Positions 12,869 to 23,741 of a stretch of 64,000 bases of DNA are shown here, piece after piece. The notes below the pieces were generated by a model. That model was not told the origin of the DNA, did not search any database, and was given only the letters and a program-made list of their open reading frames with translations. This DNA is from Raja brachyura (taxonomy: Eukaryota): contig OY740807.1 in the NCBI GenBank assembly GCA_963514005.1, positions 14,632,001 through 14,696,000 of the forward strand, written 5' to 3'. How positions within the stretch are numbered: the first letter of the stretch is position 1; the number at the start of each line of letters is the position of its first letter. Position numbers and translations under genes: made by a program.

Positions 12869-13660
12869 TCTATACTATTCCTAAAACTCTCATCTTGACC
12901 ACTTCCGGTCTGCGTTTTTTTTAAATTTGCGAACAAATGGTACCATATATCACTAGGATTTTTTCGCCATCTTATTCACTGTTCTCCTCTGCTCCAAGGC
13001 ACCTAGTTTTGTTCCGATCAGTGGAAGATTACAAAAATTGTCAAGGTTCAAAAAAATCATTAGATCAGCAGATTGGTCTTCTCACTTGTCATTCACCATG
13101 AAGGTAACGCCCCTTCCGGCACCCGCTGCAGAATAAATCCCCGGAGGCGGGGCTGAGTTCGTGAGCCACCCGTCCAGGAGCTGCCCGTCCAGAAGCCGCC
13201 AAGAATAAAGCTGAAGCAGCGGAGTGTGGGCTGTGTTCTGCGGAGGGGGGTGGGCTGTTTTCGCGGGCGGGGGCAGGCTGTGTTCTCGGGCGGGGGCAGG
13301 CTGTGTTAGCGGATGGGGGCTGTGAGCGCGATAGGCGCTGGGGATGAGAGCAGCTGAGTAATACCGGAGCCAAGTCCTGGAGCCAGGAGTGCGGTCGTAG
13401 CCAGGGCCAGGAACCGGTGAGCCCACACCCCCCCCTCTCCCCCACACCCTCCACCCCTACACCCCCCTCTCCCCTACACCCCCCTCCCCCACACCCTCCT
13501 CCCCACACACATGCGGTCACGGGAGAAGGTGTAAACTCTGTACAGACAGCACCTGTAGTCGTGATCGAACCAGGGTCTCCGGCGCTGCATGCACTGCAAG
13601 GCAGCAACTCTATCGCTGCGCCACCAAGGCCGCCCTGTGATTCCGTTACACGGGGCATTG
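12869..13660 (+). mobile_element. 3'-truncated non-autonomous Helitron containing a SINE fragment
   Basis: 5' A|TCTATACTATTCCTAAAACTCTCATCTTG; the first ~250 bp are homologous to 22691-22940. No CTAG/hairpin end found; right boundary approximate. Confidence 0.7.
13505..13635 (-). mobile_element. SINE head fragment inside a Helitron
   Basis: aaactctgtacagacagcacctgtagtcgtgatcgaaccagggtctcc, homologous to 16130-16220. Confidence 0.75.
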
Positions 13661-13719
13661 GTGAGATGATGTCTGATGTACTGTATATAATATTGCAAAG
13701 ATGTAAATGCGTTGAAAGC

Positions 13720-14190
13720 TACTGAGAGAAGGCTCACTAGGCTAATACCTGGAATGGGTGGGTTATTTTAAGACAATAGGTTGGACAGGCTAGGTTTAGA
13801 AGTTTAGTATGACAAGAAGCAACTGAAACATATAAAATCTTGAGGAGTCTCGTCAGGATGGATATGGAGACCATGTTTTTCCCTTGTGGAGGAACCTAAA
13901 ACTTGGATATTTATTTAAAAATCATAATTTTAAAATAAAGGATCGCCCACTTAAGACAGAAATTAGGTGATTTTGTTTCTATTACAGGCTCACCTTGTTT
14001 TGGAAGACTCTTCCTCTGAACACAGTGGAAGCAAAACTTTCGGTATCATTCAATCAAAGGGAGATCCGTGATAGGCAAGAGGGTGAAAGGCTGTTGGGGA
14101 TTTGAAGTAACAATCAAGTCAGTCATGAACATCGCAATGACAGAGAAGTGTCTAGGGGCAGGGTCGCCTATTCCTACACCAAATTGTTTC
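13720..14190 (+). mobile_element. Old CR1-type LINE 3' fragment
   Basis: gagaaggctcactaggctaatacctggaatgggtggg (RRxTRLIPGM), then degenerate ORF2 end and UTR. Confidence 0.7.
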
Positions 14191-14209
14191 TTGACATAAA
14201 GAGCAGTCA

Positions 14210-15150
14210 TATCATAGCTCTTTGGTCCATATTTGGACCAAGGCTGCAGTAATATCTGGAGCTGAGTGGTCTTGGGAAACCCAAATTGGGCATTGGTAGG
14301 TAATTGCCACTTGGTAGTAGTGGTGACAACATATTTTAGCAGTTTGCTCATAAACGAGGGTAGACCCTGTTCAGGTTTTGTCCTGCTTTTTATAAATAGG
14401 ACTGATCTGGGCAATTTCCTACGTTTTCTACTTGTCAGTGTTGTATTTGTACTGGGATAACTCAGATAGAGGAGCCATTAATGTGCAGCACAGGTTTTCA
14501 ATGCGACAGCCAGGATGTTGGCCAGTATTTTGGACATTTCTTGCTATCCGTGTGAAGTGATTCAAACTGGCTGAAGACTGGCTCCTGTGACACGAGAACT
14601 CTCAGGAGGAAGCTGAGATGAATCATTGCTCTGCTCTTCTGGCTGAACATGACTGTAAATACTTCATCTTTGCCTTTACTGGGCCTGTCTTCTTTGGCTT
14701 TTATCTGATCTGTTGCATTTTTATGTCTACTGAATGCTGGTTTTGTGGTTTAGCGCACATGATACAGTCCTGCATTGCTATTGCATTACACTGACCCGTT
14801 AATTTAGGTATGCCTTGTTTTAACATGTCCATGTTATGGTCTCTGCAATCCTCATGGAACCAGATTTGAACCCTTGGTGTGAGATTCATTGGGGCCCAAG
14901 GTTGTAAATTGTGGTGTTGATGGTCCAGAGCATCTTACGGATCTACTTTGAGTTACTAGATCCATTCTAAATCTTTCCCACTGACGCACACAACACAATA
15001 GTATCAAAGTGTAGACTGGAATTTATCTCCAAAAGCACTGCGCAATGGCCATTTATACCAATGCCGCTGTGAACTGATGCATTTCCTGCAGGTACATTAG
15101 TGAGGATTAGTTTACCCTCCTCTGTATTGATTTTTTGACAACTGTTGCAG
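14210..15150 (-). mobile_element. Old LINE RT-region fragment
   Basis: Minus strand gives degenerate AQFGF...TALVQIW RT-like motifs; the family is not resolved. Confidence 0.55.
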
Positions 15151-15911
15151 ATCCAGTTTATTGTTATGTTATAAAATCACACAGCACAGATATGGGTCCT
15201 TTGGCTCTCCACGTCCATGAATCAGGAGCATGATTTCAAAATAAGGGAAGATGTGGAGAATCATGAGCCTGTGGAGACTATCATGTTATATATTTAAGTC
15301 TGGGACAGATAGATCTATCAGGGAATTGAGGATGATGGGTGAGGAGGCAGGAAAGTGGTGAGGCTAACATCAGACAAGCCATGATCTTACTGAAAGGTGG
15401 GATAATAAAATGCCAACCTCTGCTCTTATTTCATATGTTCTCTCTTGCTTATGTCATTCTCATCTAAATTTAGTCAGAGCAGAAGTTGTAATTTACTGCA
15501 AAAATTGCCAAAGTTTAATAATAACAGTCACAAATTCTGCACACCTGTTTTCCTCATAAACTTCATAATTCTTCAGACTGCAATGGTTAGCAATGATCTG
15601 TTGATGATCTATTAAAGTATGATTATGACTATGATTCTGATTCTACAACATTTCATTTGGCATCAATGCCTTTGCTATATTGACAGTTGCTGTCAATCCA
15701 GTCCTTACTTTTCCAGAATTTCAGTACATGGCAAATCTCAGTAAGGATGCTGTCACTGAAGAGTGAGTGAGTGCCTGATGCACTGTTCCTCACTGACATT
15801 CACATCAAAGAAAATTCCCCAGGAACTTTTCTGGTGAGTCCACACAGGGAGTCCACATTCCCTACTTTTCTTCCCATCCCTTGTTACTTGTTCTGCTTTG
15901 CTTATTCTCCC

Positions 15912-16226
15912 AGTTTAGTTTAGCGATACAGCGTGGAAACTGGCCCTTCGGTACCGAGACCGCACCGACCAGCTATCCCTGCACATTAACACTATCCTGT
16001 ACACACCAGGGGCAATGCAGACAATTTATACATACACCAAGCCAATTAACCTACATTCCCTTTACATTTTTGGGGTGCGGGAGGAAACCGAAGATCTCAG
16101 AAAAAACCCACCCGGTCATGGGGAGAACAAACAAACTCCGTACAGACAGCACCCGTGGTCGGGATCGAACCCGGGTCTCCGGCACTGCAAGCACTGTAAG
16201 GCAGCAACTCCACCATGCCGCCCAAC
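15912..16226 (-). mobile_element. tRNA-derived SINE (HE1/V-SINE-like)
   Basis: Antisense ggatcgaacccgggtctc B-box and aaactccgtacagacagcacc domain. Confidence 0.8.
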
Positions 16227-18999
16227 GGTGGTAAGATTTAAAGGGAACACCTACTAATGCACCACATTTGGGAACAACTGGTTTGGGCAGTATCAATGTG
16301 ATGAGCAGCACTAGGCACACCAATCCATGCAGACTTTAGCGACTTTAAAACGTTTAGAAAGCACCAACCTATTGTTAATAAGTGCATCAGCCAACAGAAC
16401 TAAATTTGCATCTAATCTGCCGGCAACCTTTAATTAACACAACCAAGGTGATCCTTCATGTTGCTAAATATTTAGTACTCCATACATAGTAGCAGACACA
16501 ATAGTAGCATTTAAGAGGCTTATAGATAGTCACGTGGATATGCAGGGAATGAAAGGATATGGATCAAGTGCAGATAGAGAAGATTAGTTTAATTTAGCAT
16601 AAAGTTTGGCACGGATATTGTGAGCCAAAAGGCTTGTTCCTCTGCTGTACTGTTATATTTTATATGTACATGCATGACATGTGACTTTAGATAGGACGCC
16701 GAGTTAAGTTTAACAGCATTGGTGTCACATCAAACAACTGATACCATAACTTGCCTCCACTCCTAGCTGTTGGAGGGCATTAGCTTTATACATTTTCTAA
16801 TTTACACTGGCAAAGCTTGCACTATAACTGTGCACGTGCACCACATTGAAATCATAGAATAGGCTGGTATGTATTTGAATTTTGTGGTCTACGTTTCGGT
16901 ATGATATTATGCCAATGTCATATCTAATCAAGGAATTATTCAACTATAAAATAATAGATTTAAATCATAGCAAACTTCACAGCTACTTACCCTTACCTCA
17001 CATTGCATCCTATCCCCAGATCTACCCTTTATTCCACCTCACTTAAGACATGTGGCTTTATCTTTAAATCAGTGTTTGTACAAACACAAACATTCCAAGT
17101 AATATCATGAACCATTTTTGAATTACTCAAACTCCAATTATGTTTCCTATTATTTCTTATGTATACATTTTTTTTAAGATTTGTCCTTGTCAAGCATAAA
17201 ATATAGAGGAAAAATAAGGAAGAGATGTTAGTCTTCCCTGGCAGTTTCTGAAGCAGAGTTAATTTTTAATTCTGGACAAAGAACGGCTCAGCTCTGCTGA
17301 GTTTTTCCAGCATATTTGTTTTAATTTCAGGTTTCCACCAACTATATATAATATTTTGCTGTTGTTTTCCTCAAACAACGGTGTATAGATTATTTAAAAT
17401 ATAGATAGATTGAGCATGATTTTAAGGGGTACAATATATTAGAAAATTATGACTTTTACGTCAAAATGTAACCACTTTATTCAGTAATACATTGCGACAA
17501 ACTGGCGTAAAATCTCTCACAAAATGTCATGCATCAGTCGTGTTGCAAAATAAATGTCAGTGGGCACTTGATTTGCCAAGTCTGTGTTGTTCACTCCCAC
17601 AGCACTGAATCTGGCCAACAAATTCAGACAGATGCATACAGATTGTTTCTTAAAGTGAAATAATTGCAAATATTTCGAATAAAACCAGAAAATGCAGGAA
17701 ATACTCAGCACGTCAAGCAGCATCTAGTTGGTTTCAGGACATTAACTATGCAGTATTATGAAGTTGTAATTAATTATAAGTTTACTTCGGAGTCACGTGA
17801 GTGACTACGTGAAGACCCCGCCAGCACGCATGCGCGACATATCGTCGTTCGCATGCGGAAGCGACAGTCGGGAGGAGCGGGGCTCCTCCAGCGTAACTTA
17901 CGATCGGTAAGACTCACCGGAGTGGTGAGCGTGGCGAGAGTAGCGGCAAGAGCTGCTGCTATAGAGAGCAGCCAGCAGCGTGCCGTTTTTTCTCCGAGCT
18001 GCAGGTGCTACCTGCAGCTCCCGACTTCCGCCCGGGAGGGCTGCTGGTTCGCCACGGACAGGCGGTAAATCCACCCGGAAGCCGATCGGGACTGCCGACT
18101 CAGCTGGGTCCAGTCCCGAGGACACCCCGTTCGCTGTTAGCGACGGAGGTCGTCTTACCCGCATGGAACGGATGGTGGAGCAATTGCTCCAGCGTGACCT
18201 GCTTTTGCAGGGGCAGGGTCACGGTGGGCCTCTTCGCAGGCCCACGGCAGGATCCTATTATGGACTGCCTAAATGTCTCACCCTCTTCGCAGGGGAGCAT
18301 TGGGGGTCAGAACTGGGCTGACCCTGAAGAGGGGGAGTTGGCTGAACAAACCAACAGTGTCAGGGGTGCAGTGAAGAGTTTCTGGATATGGTAAGTAACA
18401 TGCAGTTCCTTCTAAAAAAGGTTACCTATCCACCCTAAGCTGGCAGCTAGTTCAATTATATGACTACAAACCAGCTTCAGGAGCAAGCCATCAATGTGGG
18501 GGATCATGAGCCCTACGATTAGAGGGCAGGAGTCAAACTTCGGAGGATCCTGAAGCTTTTGACCGCCGGAATTTCGGCAGTGCCAGTACTGCGGTGGGTA
18601 TAGAACTACCGGGAGAAACAGGATGCTCTGGCCTTACTGTGTAACACAGTTTGAGATAATAACTACAGGAAGAGCAACTCAACCCCAAATTGCGGGGTTA
18701 TGCAAAACCAGGTACGCTCAACCACCAAATCTGCTGTGCGGAGCTCCCCAAATAGGGGAAAGACCTGGACAAAGAGCTACCAACAGCAACAGCACCCCTA
18801 CACACCCACCGGACAGAGATATCACTACAGATCGTCCGGTGGTGAAAGCTCGAAGGCCGGCCCACCTGCACAACAGCCTTTTTTAGGCCATGGCCCAGCC
18901 CGGCTTTCTTGGAAAATGCGCCACCCCTACAACGCAGCAACTCAACAGAAGAAATAACGGTGGTATTGGACCGCAACACCGGCAATACCTTGGAGGTAG

Positions 19000-20000
19000 G
19001 TGGGTCTGCCTCCCCCAGGAACATCATATGTCTAAAATTCATCTTGTGGGGGAGGCCGGTTGCACTTGTTTTATAAAGTATGGCGCAATTTTACCTCTGA
19101 TCCTTACATACTCGGAAGTATTCAGGGCTATAAAATTGAATTCATTTACGAACTCCCTACCCTGGTCCAGCATACGCCTAGCCGAAAGTTTATACTTTCA
19201 CAAAGAAAGAACGGCGGGCCATGCTGAACTATTAAGACTAATTAGCAAAGGGGTAATTGAGAGAATCACAGGAGTTCGTATCTAATATATTTACCAAAAA
19301 TAAAAAGATGGCGGATGCCGCATAATCATAGACCTGACCGAACTGAATACTTCTGTTCAGTATGTTCATTTCAAAATGGACACTTTCGACACAGCAGATA
19401 GCTAATAGCTATGGGTACTACATGGCATGCATTGACCTCAAAGATGCATACTATTCAGTACCAATACACAAGGATCATAGGAAATACCTTAAATTTATCT
19501 GGATGGGACAATTATGGCAATATATAGCCTTACCCAATGGGTTATCATCAGCACCCAGGCTGTTCACCAAATTATTGGAACCAGCTTTGGCCTATTTAAG
19601 GAAACAAAATCATACTGTTATGGCCTATCTTGATGATATCCTCATTGTCGGGGAGAATTTGGAAACGGCTACATTGGCAGTTATAGCCAAAAAACATCTC
19701 TTTCAAAAGCTGGGGTTCATCATACATCCAGATAAATCAAAGTTGGAACCCTCTACTACCATGGATTACTTGGGGTTCACCATTGACTCGGTGCAAATGT
19801 CTACCACCTTACCACCGAACAAGGTGGTGGACTTGATAGAAGCTTGCAGAAGCCTTACTGGCATCAGGGATCCGTCCATACGGTAGGTGGCCATGGTAAT
19901 TGGGAAGATAGTGGCTGCTTTTCCCGCAGCGCAATTCGGACCACTACATTATCAAAACCTACAAAGAGCTAAAATTATAGCTCTCAAAAATCATACCATT
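19000..20000 (+). pseudogene. DIRS reverse transcriptase (frameshifted, with in-frame stop)
   Basis: Motifs KKDGGCRIIIDL, IDLKDAYYSVPI, LPNGLSSAPRLFTK, MAYLDDIL and YLGFTID spread over frames; TAG at 19884-19886. Confidence 0.92.
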
Positions 20001-20760
20001 TTGACAGGCCTATGCAGTTATTAGAAAAGGCAAGAGTTGAATTAAATTGGTGGATGGGAAATGCTCAATTCTGTTCCAAATCCATCACTATCATAAATCC
20101 CTCGGTTACATTACAGACTGATGCCAGTGTTAAAGGTGGGGAGCAGCTAATACCACCACTGTTTGTGGTGGCAGATGGAATGCACAAGATTTAACCCTGT
20201 TGGGAGCACTAGGGTTTAATTATCTAGAAATACTGGAAGCATTCATGGACCCCGGGGCCTACTGCTTAGATATGCACCAGTTGCATGTATGGTTACAAAT
20301 TATAATACCACAGTGGTGGCCTATATTAATCTTTTGTGTGGAATAAAATCGATATCATGTGATGAATTGCCTTTTTACAACTGGCACTGGTGTCTGGATA
20401 GAGAGATTTGGATCTCAGCCACTTACCTTTCAGGTAAACTAAATACGGTGGCGAACACCAGGTCACGCAATTCAACGACAACATTGAATGGATGTTGGAC
20501 CGGGGCCAGCAGCGATGGATGTTTCTCGCTGCATTGGGGGGGGATTGTTTGCTATGCATTTCCCCCCTTCTGCCTCATCAGACGGGTCTTACAAAAATTT
20601 AATAGACTCCGCAACGGGTATTTCGGGTTTCCCGATCTGGCCTACCCAACCATGGTCCCCAGCAGTACAAAGATGGCCGCAGAACACTGCTTTCGGATCC
20701 TCAAACGGCCGGGCCTGTTGGCACACCCTGTGACGGGTAAGTCATCCGTGCCATGATCGC
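20001..20760 (+). pseudogene. DIRS RNase H and Dam-like methyltransferase domain remnants
   Basis: RNase H: ELNWW, LQTDAS, NTTVVAYIN, ATYLSGKLNTVAN. MT domain: FSLHWGG..YAFPPF and WPTQPW. Multiple frameshifts. Confidence 0.85.
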
Positions 20761-21413
20761 ATTAACCTATTGATGCTGTTTCTGAACAGGCCATTTCTGG
20801 ACTTCGGATACTCCGACAGGACGATCAATGTCATCACTTCGTCGTGCAGGGAATCCACCAGGGACACTACTGACATATGTCAGCAGATGGGAGTGTTTCT
20901 TCTTCAGAACAAACACTTCATATGACTCGGCCACCATCACTGGATTGCAGGAGTTCTGGCCACCCTTCATTCCATGAAGGTTTGAGCCACAGTGCCATTA
21001 AATTTGCAGGAGTGCCCTACCTACCAACCTGGACCAATCTGATGAGGGGTATTAATTCTTTTTCCCCTAGGCCAGATACACCCATACATGGGACTTAGGC
21101 ATAGAATTTACTATGCTTCGAGGATGGACACCAATATCGGGGCTCTCTCTGGATAACTACATATAATATGGTTATGTTTATGGCACTTGTAACAGCACAA
21201 CGGGTCCAGTCTTATAAAGCTAAGGCTGCATCCACGTCAGCGGCTAGGATGATGGGAGTTCCTATGGACCACATCCTTGCTACAGCGGGTTGGAGCAGTG
21301 AACGGACTTTTCAGCACTTCTTTTATAAACCCGTGGCCGCTCCTGAGACGTTTGCAGGGGAATATGTTAAGTTCTGTTACATGATTTACCCAATGTGGGG
21401 CATATCATTTTAG
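20760..21413 (+). pseudogene. DIRS tyrosine recombinase remnant with internal deletion
   Basis: MALVTAQRVQS is fused almost directly to AASTSAA...ILATAGWSSERTFQHFFY; the central HSTR-type catalytic segment is absent. Confidence 0.85.
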
Positions 21414-21538
21414 GTATGATTAAATACCTTCTTTGTTTTTCAGCCAGTGTTATGTCTGAATTGCGTTCATCCTCTTATCCCAGCATAGCGGTGTGTGAGC
21501 ATGGAGCTTCCAGGGCATGAAATCACAGAGCTTTGAAA

Positions 21539-21651
21539 TCTTCACGTAGTCACTCACGTGACTCCGAAGTAAAATAGTAAGATTAAACGAGAACTTACCA
21601 GTTTGAAGTTTGATCTTTATTTTATGAGGAGTTACGATGAGGGATTACGTG
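21539..21651 (+). repeat. DIRS internal complementary region (ICR)
   Basis: 21539-21573 is the exact reverse complement of 17781-17815; 21573-21651 is the exact reverse complement of 21792-21870. Confidence 0.95.
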
Positions 21652-22690
21652 CCCTCCGCTCCCAACCCTCTACTATAAAGATCACCTGGTATGAAAGTTC
21701 TCTCTTATCTTACTATATTAGTCATTGTGACTGTCTGTGATTTCACACCACTGCTTTGAAGAATGTCGCGCATGCGTGCTGGCGGGGTCTTCACGTAATC
21801 CCTCATCGTAACTCCTCATAAAATAAAGATCAAACTTCAAACTGGTAAGTTCTCGTTTAATCTTACTATTAATTAAAATGCATTATTACTGATTCCACAT
21901 ATGCTGTGACAGAATCTCAAAGGTAATGTGACAAGAAACAACAAAGAAAGGAAACTCTGCCGGCTGGGTAGAAATTCAGCTTCAGGACCCTCCAAATTAA
22001 AGGAAACAATGGCTTTGGTGGGGTTCAATGTTTAAGTATTCATGCTCCTATCTAAGTAATGTGTCTGTCAGCTGCATGACACAAGGTCATTGCTCTTCTG
22101 TCTGTTGGAGGGTTTAAGTTATCCAGCTTCGGGCACTGTTGCTGGGTGTAAATCGGACTTTAGTGTATTTTTGTGAAGAATTTGTGCTCCCATGTTCCAG
22201 CTGACGGACTGTAACCACCTGCACAGTGCACAGATCAAGAGGCTGACCTCTTTATTGGAACAATCAATTCCCAGCTAAATGGAACACTGTCAAAAGGGAC
22301 CAGGACTGAGAAGAAGATTTTAGAATGTGCTTCTTATCCACTCATTTAGACCTGCTGAGTTTCCTAAACTGAAACGTTACTCGCTCTTAAACAAGTCTGA
22401 TACGATACACTGAGTTTTCTGCAAAAACATTGAGAGACTGTCGCAGGACTGCACCAATTTTAGTTACTTGTTCAGCTTCACTGATCAAATGTGAAAGAGG
22501 TCAACATTAAAAAAACTCACTCCTGAAATTAAATTAATTTAAAGCCAACCGTGTCACAATTAGACCTGAAGGATTTACAGCAGTAAAATAGCATCTTAGG
22601 CTCAGGTGACACAATAAATCACAATGTTAAGTATCGTATTGCCTGTACCCAACTAAGCTACATGTATTCTTATAATATTTATCTAGAATA

Positions 22691-23741
22691 TCCTTCTATA
22701 CATAACTAAAACTCTGATCTTGGTATCTTCCGGTTTGTGCGGTCTTTCTATTTGCGCAAAATCGGTTTACAATAGCGCTATGATTTTTCGCCAGTTCACT
22801 CACCGTTCTCCTATGCTGCGATTGCACCAAGTTTCGTTCCGATCGGTTGAATGTCGTAAAAGTTAGCGAGGTTTAAAAAATCTTTAAAATGGCGCGTGCA
22901 CATATCGCTCTCTTCTCCTGCCATTCAGCTCCGCACGGATTAGTCTCTTCCCCTGTCAGTCACCGGGATGGTCCGCCCTTTCCTGCGCCATCGTGTCTTC
23001 ACTGGAGCTGAGGATGGCTGGCAGAGGTTTCCAAATGGACACCATTTTCGGAAGCACCCGAAGCAGCCCAGCTCCGAGCAGCCCAGCGTGGGAGACCCTG
23101 CCCAGCCCAACGTGGGAGACCCAGCCCATCCCAGCATCGGAGATCCAGCCCATCCCAGCGTCGGAGACCCAGCCCAGCCTGGAGTCGGAGATGTCACCAA
23201 ACGGAAAGCAGAGACTCTGATCCAGGCGGAGTACAACGACCAGCGACCAGCGCCCGCTGTGAGTATCCATCGCACCGCCAATTCCAGCCACTACCCTTCT
23301 GGTGCCACTTTGCTGGCTCCTTCCCCCGTCCCCCGTGATACCCCCCTCTCGCCATGGCTCTTCCCCGTCTTTTATCCTAACTCACTCCACTCCCTCTTCC
23401 CCCGCCCCCACACCCCTCACCCCCGACAAATCCCCTCCCCGCCCCCACAACACTCCCCGCCCCCACACCCACCCCCTGCCACACATCCCACTTCCCTCCC
23501 CCCCTGCACATGAAGAGGAGGGGAAGGGAGTGCCTTGGGATGAGGGGAAATGAGCCACACCTGCGCAGTTAGGGGCTATGGGTGAGTGGTGGAATATTGC
23601 GTTGGGGGAACGGTTTGCGTTGGGGTAATGGGTGAGTGGTGGAATATTGCGTTGGGGAATGGATTGCGTTGGGGAATGGGTTGCGTTGGGGGACCAGGCT
23701 ACCCGTGTGACTGGGACCCAACGGGTCCCACCTAAGTCTAG
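22691..23741 (+). mobile_element. Non-autonomous Helitron
   Basis: 5' A|TC..TCTATACATAACTAAAACTCTGATCTTG; 3' hairpin GGGACCCAACGGGTCCC about 8 nt before CTAG|T; no TSD. Confidence 0.85.
23075..23192 (+). repeat. 24-bp minisatellite, about 5 copies, inside a Helitron
   Basis: Unit CCCAGCCCAKCCCAGCGTSGGAGA (reads PAQPSVGD / PAHPSIGD). Confidence 0.8.

Larger units (their letters stand above)
17781..21870 (+). mobile_element. DIRS1-type tyrosine-recombinase retrotransposon, full span, coding-degenerate
   Basis: Left ITR 17781-17840 and right ITR 21763-21870 share a 35-bp inverted match. ICR 21539-21651 is the reverse complement of the left end joined to the reverse complement of the right end. 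Internal gag-like, RT, RNase H, MT and YR remnants in DIRS order. Confidence 0.95.

Noticed and set aside
13082-13737. Pro/Gly-rich ORFs (also 22968-23768 and 53928-54503)
   Set aside because: Low-complexity C/G tracts inside Helitron copies.
19362-19886. 174-aa RT ORF as an endogenous retrovirus or domesticated gene
   Set aside because: It lies within DIRS ITR/ICR structure next to YR and MT remnants and is broken by a frameshift and a stop.
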